Source: Octopus bimaculoides (Eukaryota). Taken from it: 57,098 nt of DNA. The position numbers were made by a program, and so were the translations under genes. The notes under the pieces are model-generated. The model searched no databases. It saw only the letters and a list, made by a program, of their open reading frames with translations, and was not told the origin of the DNA. Where the stretch lies: assembly GCF_001194135.2 (NCBI RefSeq), contig NC_068988.1, positions 8,071,744 through 8,128,841 on the forward strand, written 5' to 3'. Positions 25,553-35,994 of the stretch are shown here, piece after piece; the stretch's first letter is position 1; every line of letters starts with the position of its first letter.

Positions 25553-26430
25553 TCTTACATCTTCCATTAGATGGGATAAGTCCTTTATTTTTAATATGGT
25601 TTCATATTTAATTCTTGTTTATATTTTTAGATAAATGAGGCTTCTTTATTCAGTTGTGTTTAGGTCCAGAAGGCAAGTTGATAAAATGGGAAAATTTCGA
25701 ACTGTGGTTGTAATCGTTCTGCACATTCATCAATGTGTTGACTGAGGTATATTCCGCGATATTGTGGGGAGGAAATTTGTTGTCTGTTTCGGATCGAATT
25801 TCCTGTTGATCCAATATAATTTCGATGACAGCCCGAGCATCTAATTACGTAAATGTGATTTTGATCTTGAATATTTGTCTTTGTCTGAAATGGAATTCCG
25901 ATCCTTCCAACAGATTGGGACGTGTTCTGCAATTAGGGTCACCACACTTTACGACTCTTGCTTCCGTTGTTCTAGAGAATAGTTTGGCATTGGTGAGAAT
26001 TTTCTTCAAAGTTTTAAGCTGTTTGCTGCTCTTATTGATTTTATGATTACATAGGATCTCCTTAAGTTTGGGGTCCCTATGGAGTATTGGAAGATTTTGG
26101 ACGATGATATTAAATGCATCTTTGTTTCTGGGGTTGTATGTGGAGATATAAGGCAGTGCTTTGAGGGTAGATGTGTCATTGTGTTTGGCTTTTCTTAATA
26201 TTTTAATGTCAATTGATTTTGCACGTCTAATTCCTTCATTTATGAGTTGAGTTGGATAGTGCCTATCCTGGAATACATTTTTAAGCTCTTGCAATCTTAG
26301 TTCTCTGGTATTTTCTTTTTCAGATACTATGGTGCAAATCCTTCTTGCAAGGTTGAAGGAGTTATCAGTTTGGATATGTCTCGGGTGACATAAGCTAAAT
26401 AATATTGTTTAGCGTCTGTCGTCTGGTAAA
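25553..26430 (-). mobile_element. Penelope-like element, decayed ORF 3' part (RT thumb + GIY-YIG endonuclease)
   Basis: LFSLCHPRHIQTDNSFNLARRICTIVSE (RT thumb), LPYISTYNPRN, KCGDPNCRT linker, IYVIRCSGCHRNYIGSTGNSIRNR (GIY-YIG); frameshifted; 3' end runs into gap. Confidence 0.9.
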
Positions 26431-26479
26431 AGATAGAAGCAGACATTTTTTTTTAAAAACTACAGACGATAAACAATAT

Positions 26480-26695
26480 CTACATCCACATTGTGTAGGT
26501 CCCCCAGCCTCTTGGGGAGAATATTAGAAGGCTGTGGACCCCTGAAACCAGGGCTGTTTCGGTAACGCGACGGCATTGCTGGGGTCTGTGGCACTGTGCA
26601 GTGGCGACCCGTTCTGGCATTCGTGTAGCTTTCAATGCCAAAATTTGGCACAATCCCTTCCAGGATCTTCCAGATGTCTACATTGATTACATCTA
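26480..26695 (-). mobile_element. CR1-like LINE RT C-terminal fragment
   Basis: IWKILEGIVPNFGIESYTNARTGRHC...SPGFRGPQPSNILPKRLGDLH; homologous to 28932-29165. Confidence 0.8.
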
Positions 26696-26965
26696 CAGCA
26701 GTACTTGACTGATATTTTATTTTATCGCCCCCGAAAGGATGAAAAGTAAAGGTGACTTCAGTGAGTTTCGAACTCAGAACGTAAAGACCCTGAAAGAACA
26801 CCGAAAAGCATGCTTTTCCGACACTCTAGCGGTTTGCCATCTGGCCGCATTAACAAACGCTTCTAATGATTTCTGATTTAGCCACAAGGCCAGCGATTTT
26901 AAACGTAGCGGAAGTAGTTGATACCATCAACTCCAGTTCTTAACTGGTACTTTATTTTATCAATT
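26696..26965 (-). mobile_element. Two diverged SINE family A fragments
   Basis: TTATCGCCCCCGAAAGGATGAAAAG..CGAACTCAGAACG and GCCACAAGGCCAGCGATTT..AACTGGTACTTT. Confidence 0.65.
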
Positions 26966-26970
26966 GCTAG

Positions 26971-27149
26971 CATTGCTTGACAACTGATGCTGGTGTGTTT
27001 ATGTCCCCGTCACTTAGCGGTTCGGCAAAAAGAGACCGATAGAATAAGTACTAGGCTTACAAAGAATAAGTCCTGGGGTCGATTTGCTCGACTAAAGGCG
27101 GTGCTCCAGCATGGTCGCAGTCAAATGACTGAAGCAAGTAAAAGAGTAA
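26971..27149 (+). mobile_element. SINE family C 3' half
   Basis: CTTGACAACTGATGCTGGTGTGTTTATGTCCCCG...GGCGGTGCTCCAGCATGG. Confidence 0.9.
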
Positions 27150-27282
27150 TCTCGAAAGGGTTGGAAAGCTAGGTTGACCTAGAATGGATTTGAGCTGAGA
27201 AGATAAAGAAATTGTACAAATGCCCGCAAGTTATTTTTTTCCGATGCTCGACCGATTCTACCTGCTCTCTGCCCTTAATACT

Positions 27283-27474
27283 TTCCGATTTAGGTACCAG
27301 GCCAGGAATTTTAAGAGAAGGAGTTAGTCGCTTCTATTGACTCTGATACTTGATTGCTACCCCGAAACGATGGAAGGAGAAGTTGACTTCTGTGAGATTT
27401 GGAAAAACGCGGAACAAGTGCCGCAAAACAGTTCTTTTTCTGACGCTCCGACTGTTCTGCCAGCTCTCTGCCTT
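27283..27474 (-). mobile_element. SINE family A copy (diverged)
   Basis: Ends TTCTGCCAGCTCTCTGCCTT (head, reverse). Confidence 0.6.
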
Positions 27475-27744
27475 ACAATCCACTCTTATTAAGCAACTGT
27501 ACACCTATTTTTGTCCACCCCTGTATATTTTAAACAACAGCTATCGGCATATTCACGTTCGAATCAACCAAAATGTATTAAGAAGTAATAGATACACTGT
27601 TGTTTGGATTCTGGTTGTTCTACGTGCATCTCACGAAATTATCTATTTTGGCAGACATCAGCATCTATCAGCAAATAATTTGTTTGTTGAGTTCTATAAA
27701 CAATAGTTTGTGATCTTGTCAGATTTATCCGTCTGACGCGGTAA

Positions 27745-27795
27745 CTGTGACTGAGGAGACACTCAATAAGGCCGAAACACCGCAGTGTCTCAAAG
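27745..27795 (+). ncRNA. Type I hammerhead ribozyme (unit 1)
   Basis: Stem I CTGTGA/TCAAAG (1 mismatch), core CUGAGGA 27751-27757, stem II G-C closed but weak, GAAA 27774-27777, stem III ACAC-CGCA-GUGU, GUC cleavage after 27789. Confidence 0.75.
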
Positions 27796-28072
27796 ATCCC
27801 TTACACTGGAGCGTATTACAAGCACTCACCATTTAAAAGGAGGAGGGGGATGTCCAATGACGATAAACTGCAACGATCAGCATATTCACGTTCGAATCTG
27901 CCAGAGCATATAAAGAATGATTAGATACGTTATTATTTAGACTCTCGCTAATCTGCGTGTAATTCATGAATTATTATTTGCTCAGCAACCATTGGCATGT
28001 GTCATCAAATAATTTGTTTGCTGATTTCTATAAGCAACAGATCTTGTTTGATTCATCGCTTCGGCGTGGTAA

Positions 28073-28123
28073 CTTTGACTGTGGATACGAATAACAAGGT
28101 CGAAACACTGCGGTGCCATAAAG
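28073..28123 (+). ncRNA. Degenerate type I hammerhead (unit 2)
   Basis: CTTTGA-CTGTGGA-TAC..GTC-GAAA-CAC TGCG GTG-CC-ATAAAG; A6U, G10.1U and U16.1C changes predict inactivity. Confidence 0.6.
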
Positions 28124-28544
28124 TCCTCTTACACCGGTGAATCGCGTGTCTTATGAACATACATCATCTAAAAGGAAGAGGTGTTCTCCGATGACGAATA
28201 ACAACAGCAATTACTATATTCGTGTTCGAACCTACCATAATGATTTAAGAATGAACAAATACGTTATCACTTAGGCTCTCGCTCTTTTGTGTGCATCTCA
28301 TGAATTATCATCTGCTATTTCAATTTATTAGCTTCCGTTTGTGTTTTGTTTTCCCAAGAATAGTAATTAGTAGTCAATGTCTGGCGTTTTTCGTTTCCGT
28401 TTGTAGTTTCCGGTCGAATTCTTCACAGTAATGTGACCGATTATTAATATCCTTACATGAGATAATTGCAAATTATGAACAGGATTAGAAAGAAAACGAT
28501 TAAGCCCTCCGCTATCGACCAGTTCGTGGTAACATGCTGCAACA

Positions 28545-29355
28545 AAGATACTTTTTGACCAAAAGGGGACGCAATTCTAGAGTCATGTACAGTGCATGAT
28601 CTGGGCATTGGTATGCGCAACAACGCCTCGTTTCACGAGCATATTACCAAGATGGCGGCAATGTGCTGGCGAATGGCGGATGGATTCTGAGAACCTTCAG
28701 AACAAGGGACCAGGAAACTATGCTGGTTCTACGGGCGACATTTGTCCTCAGCCATCTGAACCACAGATCTCAACTGAGGTCACCCAACTGTGAAATTAAT
28801 ACCGGAACTTGAAGTAAGCACTCCAGTGGTGATACACTATAAAGATTGCTTCAATGGAACAACTGAGCTACTGAGAGAGACTTAAAGAGTTACGACTCTG
28901 CTCCCGGGCGCGAAGACGGGAGGGGCATGCAGTGATATACATATGGAAGATCCTGGAAAAGCTGGCACCGAATTTTGGCATCAAGAGCTATACCAGCCTC
29001 CGAACCAGACGACATTGCACTGTCTCAAAGGTCCCAGTTACCCTGCCTAGATTGATGAGCATGTACTCCAATAGTTTGGGATTCAAGGGCACGTGGTTAT
29101 TTAATACCTTGCCAAAACATCTGAGGGTTCTACATGGAGTAAAGGTAGAGGTTTTCAAGAAATAGGTTGACCTCCTGCTGTCCAGGTTCCCAGATGAACC
29201 CAAACCACGGTAAGAAGCTCAAAAGAGGGCAACAGTGTAGAAATTCCACCTTCACCAAAAGCCAATCGCATGAGAATGGCCATTAAAAAGCTGACTATAC
29301 TGGCGGTGCTCCAGCAAGGGCACAGCCTTTGATCTAAAATGTATAAAAGAAAAAA
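28545..29355 (+). mobile_element. CR1-like LINE 3' fragment (RT C-terminus + 3'UTR + A-rich tail)
   Basis: Decayed RT: ...GWILRTFRTRD..., IYIWKILEKLAPNFGIKSYTSLRTRRHC...SLGFKGTWLFNTLPKHLR..VFKK*; tail GGCGGTGCTCCAGCA..TATAAAAGAAAAAAAG. Confidence 0.85.
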
Positions 29356-29362
29356 AGAATAT

Positions 29363-29611
29363 TAAAGATTTTTGCCAACATAACATAGCAGTCCTGGTTT
29401 AGGACGAATGTTACTGTAATTTAGCCCCAGGACACATCGTCTCCAGCTGGCTATACGACACAATCTATGTCCTTATATTTTCGAACAAGGGAAAATATAA
29501 GGACACAGATCGTGTCGTATGGCCAGCTGGAGACGATGTCTCCTGGGGCTAAATTACAGCAACATTAGTCATAAACCAGGACTGTCATGTTATGTTGGCA
29601 AACAATCTTTA
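29363..29611. mobile_element. Fold-back palindromic MITE (about 120-bp arms, 8-nt spacer)
   Basis: Arms 29363-29482 and 29491-29611 differ by 9 substitutions + 1 gap (hand count); TA at both termini. Confidence 0.9.
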
Positions 29612-30002
29612 CTACAAAGTACTGTCACTGAATATCTCTCGTTGTGAGATTTAAAAATAGTAATTTTCTAATAAAAGAATATGTACAATATATTATAAAT
29701 ATATGTGCCAAATATATAATATGCGTCTAAATAAATTAATTTGTACCTATATGATATTTCGGTTAATCTTTCATGCTACGGACTAACCTCATAAAAATAA
29801 TTCATGGGGGCATACGCAGAACAATGAGAATCCAATGTTGTTTTTCGACTTCAGAGAGCACCTCTTCCCTTTAGACGATGTGTGTTCACTACACACGTGA
29901 TTCATCAAGTGTTCTCCTTTGACGAACAAGCAACGGTCATCAGAGATTTACTTTCGAAGCTGCCAGGATACCAAGAACGGATAAATACGTTGTTGTCTTA
30001 AC

Positions 30003-30304
30003 CAGGGTTGGCCAACCTGAAGCCCGCCGGCCGCATGCGACCCACAGTCCTTTATCTTGCGGCCCGCTTGATAATTTCTTGAAATTGGTTTGTTTAAACA
30101 AACATTTTAAAAATTTTATCAAAAATTAAAGATTGTAATAAAAAGTAAAAGAAGAAAGATACTGCTGTTCTTGCAACGATACTATTTCATGTTGAATCAA
30201 AGATCACTCATTCATTATTGAAATAATAGCATGAGAAAGCAAAATGCTTTCAATTCTGTCATTATACAAGTGACCCGCAATGTAATTCGAGTTGACCAGG
30301 CCTG
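30003..30304. mobile_element. hAT (Charlie-like) MITE
   Basis: TIRs CAGGGTTGGCCAAC / GTTGACCAGGCCTG; 8-bp flanks GTCTTAAC / GTGTAAAT (5/8). Confidence 0.65.
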
Positions 30305-30375
30305 GTGTAAATATTAAGACAAGCAGAAACCAAAACAATGTAAAGAAAGTATTTTGTCTATTTAGTTCCACAATA

Positions 30376-30578
30376 AATATTGGTTTCAAAATATGGCACA
30401 AGGCCAGCAATTTCGAGAGAGGGCATGTAAGTCGATTACATCGACCCCAGTGCTCAACTGGTACTTATTTTATTAACCCCGAGAGGATGAAACGCAAAGT
30501 CAACCACGGCGAAATTTGAACTCAGAACGTAAAGACGGGTGAAATACCGCTACGCAATTTTTCCCGGCGTGCCACCTT
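30376..30578 (-). mobile_element. SINE family A copy
   Basis: AAGTCGATTACATCGACCCCAGTG...GAAATTTGAACTCAGAACG. Confidence 0.85.
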
Positions 30579-31690
30579 ACCACTTTACTTCCACAATTAA
30601 TACTAATTTCGTTTTCTTTTAATTCGTTTAACTAATTTCAATTTGTATTTTATTAATATTTTCAAAATACATTTTTAATTTAATTTCATTAACATCACAT
30701 TTAGTAGACACCATAAATCACATACAGGCTTTTATTCATTTATTTATTTATTTTATTTTTCTTCGATTACAAACGTAACTCAGGATTCATTGCTGAATTA
30801 ATTCGGGGAGTGGTGTCTTTGTTGAATTTATATTTTATACGTAAAACTCATTAGATCTATGCGCCATGTTTTACGCAATTTTGTTTCCTTGTTTGATAAA
30901 ATTAATGACGTTCATGTTTATAAATTGTGTTCTATTCTGTATTTATTTAATTTTTAACTCTTTCATGTTTATTGTCGTAGAATGAAAGGTCGCCATATTT
31001 CTATTTAGCAGATTATAAATTTTCTAAATTTATAAACTGGAATTTTTTTTTTTTTTTAAACTAAACATGAAATGTCTGTGACGTGTCCATAATGTGTGCG
31101 TCTGACGAATGTTCGATAAAACAGGAAAGTCAGACTTCCGATGAAGTAAACAATTTTGGGAAAAAATAAATCAATCAATGAATAAGCTCTTCTATATTTA
31201 TTCTATATAATTTCCTTTCAACCCGTCTATCTGTGCGCATGCGCCGCGCGTGAATGTGTGTGCTTTCGTCGGTGGTGTTATTAATGTCAGTTATGATCAT
31301 GTTAGCGAAATTTCATGTGGTGTAAGATCATTTTTATAAATCTGTCTGAATAACGCTACGTTGTTAAGTAAAAGATGTATATATAAATAATTGTATATAT
31401 GCGAGTAAAAATAAATACAAAAAAGGGTTTGTTTTTTTTTTGCATGATTGTGTATAGAGGAATATATTATTTTGTTTAAAAGAGTTCCAACACTGACTGT
31501 TTTTTATGTTTTATTTATATTCCTGCAGAACCAATGTGGGATATAGAATATGGAATATACAATATATAATATAATATACAATATATAATATAAAATAAAA
31601 TAAAAATGGATGGCACCATGAAATAAAGTATTGAATGTAAATGAAATATTGAGTGTTCAATATAAAAGATCAAATATATAAATATATAAG

Positions 31691-31730
31691 GGCGACTCGA
31701 GTTTCAGGGTTATTTCCCTTCGTCATGGCC
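31691..31730 (-). ncRNA. Type I hammerhead-like motif with 1-nt core insertion
   Basis: Minus strand GGC-C(A)UGACGA-AGGG AAAUAA CCCU-GAAA-CUCGAG-UC-GCC; stem III palindrome ACUCGAGU; GUC at 31696-31694. Confidence 0.6.
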
Positions 31731-31816
31731 GGTATGACAGACTTTAACAGACTGTAATTGTATATATAAATAGATGTAAATGCTTTTTTCCGAATGAAAT
31801 TACACTTCATTTTTGA

Positions 31817-31897
31817 AACTCTGATGAAGCTATAGGGTGATACACAAGCACTCAACTGTGACTGCATTGCACCTCATAGCAGAAACAACTGTAAGGT
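31817..31897 (+). ncRNA. Type I hammerhead-like motif, long stem II (family H)
   Basis: CUGAUGA 31821-31827, A-GCUAU..GGUG/CACC..AUAGC-A, GAAA 31882-31885, C-AACU-G-UA; homologous copies at 51484-51564 (+) and 51365-51402 (-). Confidence 0.5.
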
Positions 31898-32233
31898 AAT
31901 GAAATTCATGTCCTAATTTCTTATTCCCTTGTCATTTTAATTTCTTATTACTGTTCTGTATTTGACTGGGGCTTGGTTCTGAAGCATGTATACTTTGAGT
32001 TCAAACAGCAGATTATTAGTATCACTGTGCCTAAGGACTGGTATGCTGGTCCCGTCGCTAGAAAACGGTAGGGGTTCGCTGCCCTGCTCACAATTTTATC
32101 AAATGCAGCTCTGCATCTTAAAACAGCTAGAGGAGTTGTCCTCTTGGGGTTAAAAAATCGCAGTAGAGTTCGCTCGAACAGACAGCCATGTTAAAATGGC
32201 TACGAATATTACTTAAGCGAAATAACTATATAT

Positions 32234-32267
<34 letters not shown>

Positions 32268-33267
32268 NNNNNNNNNNNNNNNNNNNNNNNNNNNNNNNNN
32301 NNNNNNNNNNNNNNNNNNNNNNNNNNNNNNNNNNNNNNNNNNNNNNNNNNNNNNNNNNNNNNNNNNNNNNNNNNNNNNNNNNNNNNNNNNNNNNNNNNNN
32401 NNNNNNNNNNNNNNNNNNNNNNNNNNNNNNNNNNNNNNNNNNNNNNNNNNNNNNNNNNNNNNNNNNNNNNNNNNNNNNNNNNNNNNNNNNNNNNNNNNNN
32501 NNNNNNNNNNNNNNNNNNNNNNNNNNNNNNNNNNNNNNNNNNNNNNNNNNNNNNNNNNNNNNNNNNNNNNNNNNNNNNNNNNNNNNNNNNNNNNNNNNNN
32601 NNNNNNNNNNNNNNNNNNNNNNNNNNNNNNNNNNNNNNNNNNNNNNNNNNNNNNNNNNNNNNNNNNNNNNNNNNNNNNNNNNNNNNNNNNNNNNNNNNNN
32701 NNNNNNNNNNNNNNNNNNNNNNNNNNNNNNNNNNNNNNNNNNNNNNNNNNNNNNNNNNNNNNNNNNNNNNNNNNNNNNNNNNNNNNNNNNNNNNNNNNNN
32801 NNNNNNNNNNNNNNNNNNNNNNNNNNNNNNNNNNNNNNNNNNNNNNNNNNNNNNNNNNNNNNNNNNNNNNNNNNNNNNNNNNNNNNNNNNNNNNNNNNNN
32901 NNNNNNNNNNNNNNNNNNNNNNNNNNNNNNNNNNNNNNNNNNNNNNNNNNNNNNNNNNNNNNNNNNNNNNNNNNNNNNNNNNNNNNNNNNNNNNNNNNNN
33001 NNNNNNNNNNNNNNNNNNNNNNNNNNNNNNNNNNNNNNNNNNNNNNNNNNNNNNNNNNNNNNNNNNNNNNNNNNNNNNNNNNNNNNNNNNNNNNNNNNNN
33101 NNNNNNNNNNNNNNNNNNNNNNNNNNNNNNNNNNNNNNNNNNNNNNNNNNNNNNNNNNNNNNNNNNNNNNNNNNNNNNNNNNNNNNNNNNNNNNNNNNNN
33201 NNNNNNNNNNNNNNNNNNNNNNNNNNNNNNNNNNNNNNNNNNNNNNNNNNNNNNNNNNNNNNNNNNN

Positions 33268-33571
33268 GTACCAGTTACTCACTGGGGTCGATGTAATCGA
33301 CTTAATCCCTTTGTCTGTCCTTGTTTGTCCCCTCTATGTTTAGCCCCTTGCGGGCAATAAAGAAATAAGAATCGTTAGCACGCCGGGCGAGATGCTTAGC
33401 GGTATTTCGTCTGCCGTTACATTCTGAGTTCGAATTCCACCGGGGTCGACTCTGCCTTTCATTCTTTCGGGGTCGATAAATTAAGTACCAGTTACGCACT
33501 GGGGTCGATGTAATCGACTTAATCCCTTTGTCTGTCCTTGTTTGTCCTCTATATGTTTAGCACCTTGTAGG
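33268..33571 (+). mobile_element. Head-to-tail tandem of SINE family A (217-bp period)
   Basis: GTACCAGTTA at 33268 and 33485; junction AATAAGAA|TCGTTAGCACG. Confidence 0.9.
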
Positions 33572-33593
33572 TGGTGGTGATGGTGGTGATAGC

Positions 33594-33641
<48 letters not shown>

Positions 33642-33648
33642 GGTGGTG

Positions 33649-33684
<36 letters not shown>

Positions 33685-33741
33685 GTTGTTGTTGTTGTCC
33701 TTTTAGTCCATGGTTATTTCTGATCCACCAACAATTGAGGA

Positions 33742-33894
33742 GTCCGTCTTCGCGTTCTGAGTTCAAATTCTTCCCAGGTCGACTTTACCTTTCATCCTTT
33801 CGGGGTCGATGATACAAGTACCAGTTACCCACTGGGGTCAGTGTTATCGACTTATCTCCTCCCCAAAAATTTCAGGCCTTGTGCCTTTAGTAGA

Positions 33895-33944
<50 letters not shown>

Positions 33945-34160
33945 AGCGGTGGTCAGGCAGAATCGTTAACACGCGGCGCAAAATGCTTAGCGGCATTTCG
34001 CCCGTCGCTACGTTCTGAGTTCAAACTCCGAGCTGGTCGACTTTGTCGTTCACCCTTTCGGGGTTGGTAAATTAAGTACCAGTGAAACACTGGAGTCGAT
34101 GTAATCGACTTAGTTCCCTCCCCCAATATTTTAGGGCTTGTGCATTTAGTAGAAAGGGTC
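33742..34160 (+). mobile_element. Two SINE family A copies (33742-33895, 33943-34160) separated by (ATT)n
   Basis: Both end CTTGTGC(C/A)TTTAGTAGAA + (ATT)n. Confidence 0.85.
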
Positions 34161-34172
34161 ATTATTATTATT

Positions 34173-34736
34173 GAGTGAGCGAGCAGTGTATGCCATCAAA
34201 GTAACACTGGGGTAAAATATACAAAGCCCAGTATACCCATCATGACCACCCGTCTGATAAGGGTACACCAGGCACACGCATCACAACCGTATGTGCGTGA
34301 TATGGTGATCTTGTATCAAAATAAACAGCGCATGACCTTGCAGGTGGGGACCAGTTAGAATTTTCTTCAGGTCGAGTAGCCCATTCCGCTCAAAAGGTCC
34401 CTGAATAAGGGTTGTTTTATGTTGTTCAGCAAAATACCCATGTTTCCAAAGGTGAATTATCCGAACCCAAAATAATTCCTCTCAACACATGGTTATGATG
34501 CCCCCGCCCCACCCGTTCCACTACTTCTGCTTATGATCAGAGATGCACATATCGTCAGCTACTAAGGGACATGCTCAACTGGTTAAGGTAAAAACAACTG
34601 ACAAGCAAATCTGTGGTATTGAGCAGAATATTTGCTGTAACCCATCTTTTACACCAAGACAAAACATGTACATAACACTTCCAATCAGTTAATATCAAAA
34701 ACCATGAAAGCCACTGCCTGGTACTGCATCAGAGCA
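34173..34736 (-). mobile_element. Repeat family D, full length
   Basis: Reverse complement of 1418-1912 plus 5' end; (ATT)n on both sides. Confidence 0.9.
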
Positions 34737-34737
34737 T

Positions 34738-34828
<91 letters not shown>

Positions 34829-35642
34829 TATTATTGAGCAGCAAACGATAGGTTCGGAAGAACATGAGACGAAATAGCTTTGCGGTAAATTAGATACGGA
34901 CCGTTTATTTCTTAATTCATATCCTGCTGACGTGGCAGCTTTACCCTTTCGTCCTTCCAACAGAGGATACAAATATAATCCTTCTCACACCCGCCAAGTA
35001 TCAGAACCGATTCAACTGAGTAGCTCATTCGCCTCATCCCTGATATGTCTGATCGTGTGCCAATGCTAGAAGACAATAGCTTGAAAGAATTTAGTATGTT
35101 ACGCAATATGTCATATAGTAGAATTCTAATACAGGCCCAAGACGAGAAATTTCAGTAGTTGGAGAGATCAAGAGATTGCAACGATATATCAAAAAATAGG
35201 ATCGATCTATTTAACTTTTCATTCTTTTTCTTCTTTACTTTCATAATTTTCGCTCCCCCTCCCCACCACCAACTACATTGGAACAATTGGTGAACTTTTT
35301 TCAATAGTCTATAATTTTACATTATAATAATCCTGAATTGTATGTGGGTTTTTTTTTTTTTGTCTTTTTCTGTTGCGAAACAATGAAAATTCGGTGAAAT
35401 TTCTTTCCGACGGAAATTAATGTCGACGCGTCTGGTGGAGCTGATTCACGGCTCATTGCTTCGAAAATAAAGAACAATAGTAATGAAACTTGGTGAATAG
35501 GTAAGTAGATGTGAGTGTGGGTAAGTCGAAGAGTAGAGAAACGACATCCTGTCAGTGCAACTGTGAGGACGGCAATCCGGTTTCAATTCTCAGCTCTAAA
35601 CATCGCATGTCATCAATTCGTTGACAAATGAAATCAAGAGAC

Positions 35643-35978
35643 GTATTGGCTTCAAATTTTGGCTCAAGGCCAGCAATTTCGGAGAGCAATAAGTCGATTA
35701 CATCGACCCCAGTGCGTAACTTGTACTTATTTTATCGACCCCGAAAGTTCGAAAGACAAAGTGTGTGTGTGTGTGTGTGTGTTGGTGGTGGTGGTGGTGA
35801 GCTGGCAGAATGGTTAGTACGCCGGACAAAAGGCTTAGCAGCATTTCATCCATGGTTGCGGTCTCAGTTGAGACCGACTTTGCCTTTCATCCTTTCGGAG
35901 TCGATAAAATAAGTACCAGTTGAGTACTGGGGTCGATGTAATCGACTTACCACTGCTCCNNNNNNNNNNGTGTGTGTG
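35643..35978. mobile_element. Inverted pair of SINE family A copies (- 35643-35760, + 35797-35978)
   Basis: TAAGTCGATTACATCGACCCCAG vs CTGGGGTCGATGTAATCGACTTA. Confidence 0.85.
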
Positions 35979-35994
35979 TGTGTGTGTGTCCTCA

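Larger units (their letters stand above)
27532..28318 (+). repeat. About 333-bp diverged tandem repeat, about 2.4 units, one HHR per complete unit (non-LTR retrozyme-like)
   Basis: Anchor CATATTCACGTTCGAATC recurs at 27548, 27881 and (TATATTCGTGTTCGAACC) 28215; unit bodies align throughout. Confidence 0.85.

Noticed and set aside
27532-28318. CRISPR array interpretation of tandem repeats
   Set aside because: Eukaryotic context, long diverged units, no short constant repeat with unique spacers, no cas genes anywhere in the window
31100-31135. GTCTGACGAATGTT..AACAGGAAAGTCAGAC
   Set aside because: No room for stem III and the flanking pairing sequesters the CUGA box
35430-35506. Exon ending at strong donor AG|GTAAGT (35501)
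   Set aside because: In-frame stop before the donor, no clear acceptor, no recognisable peptide
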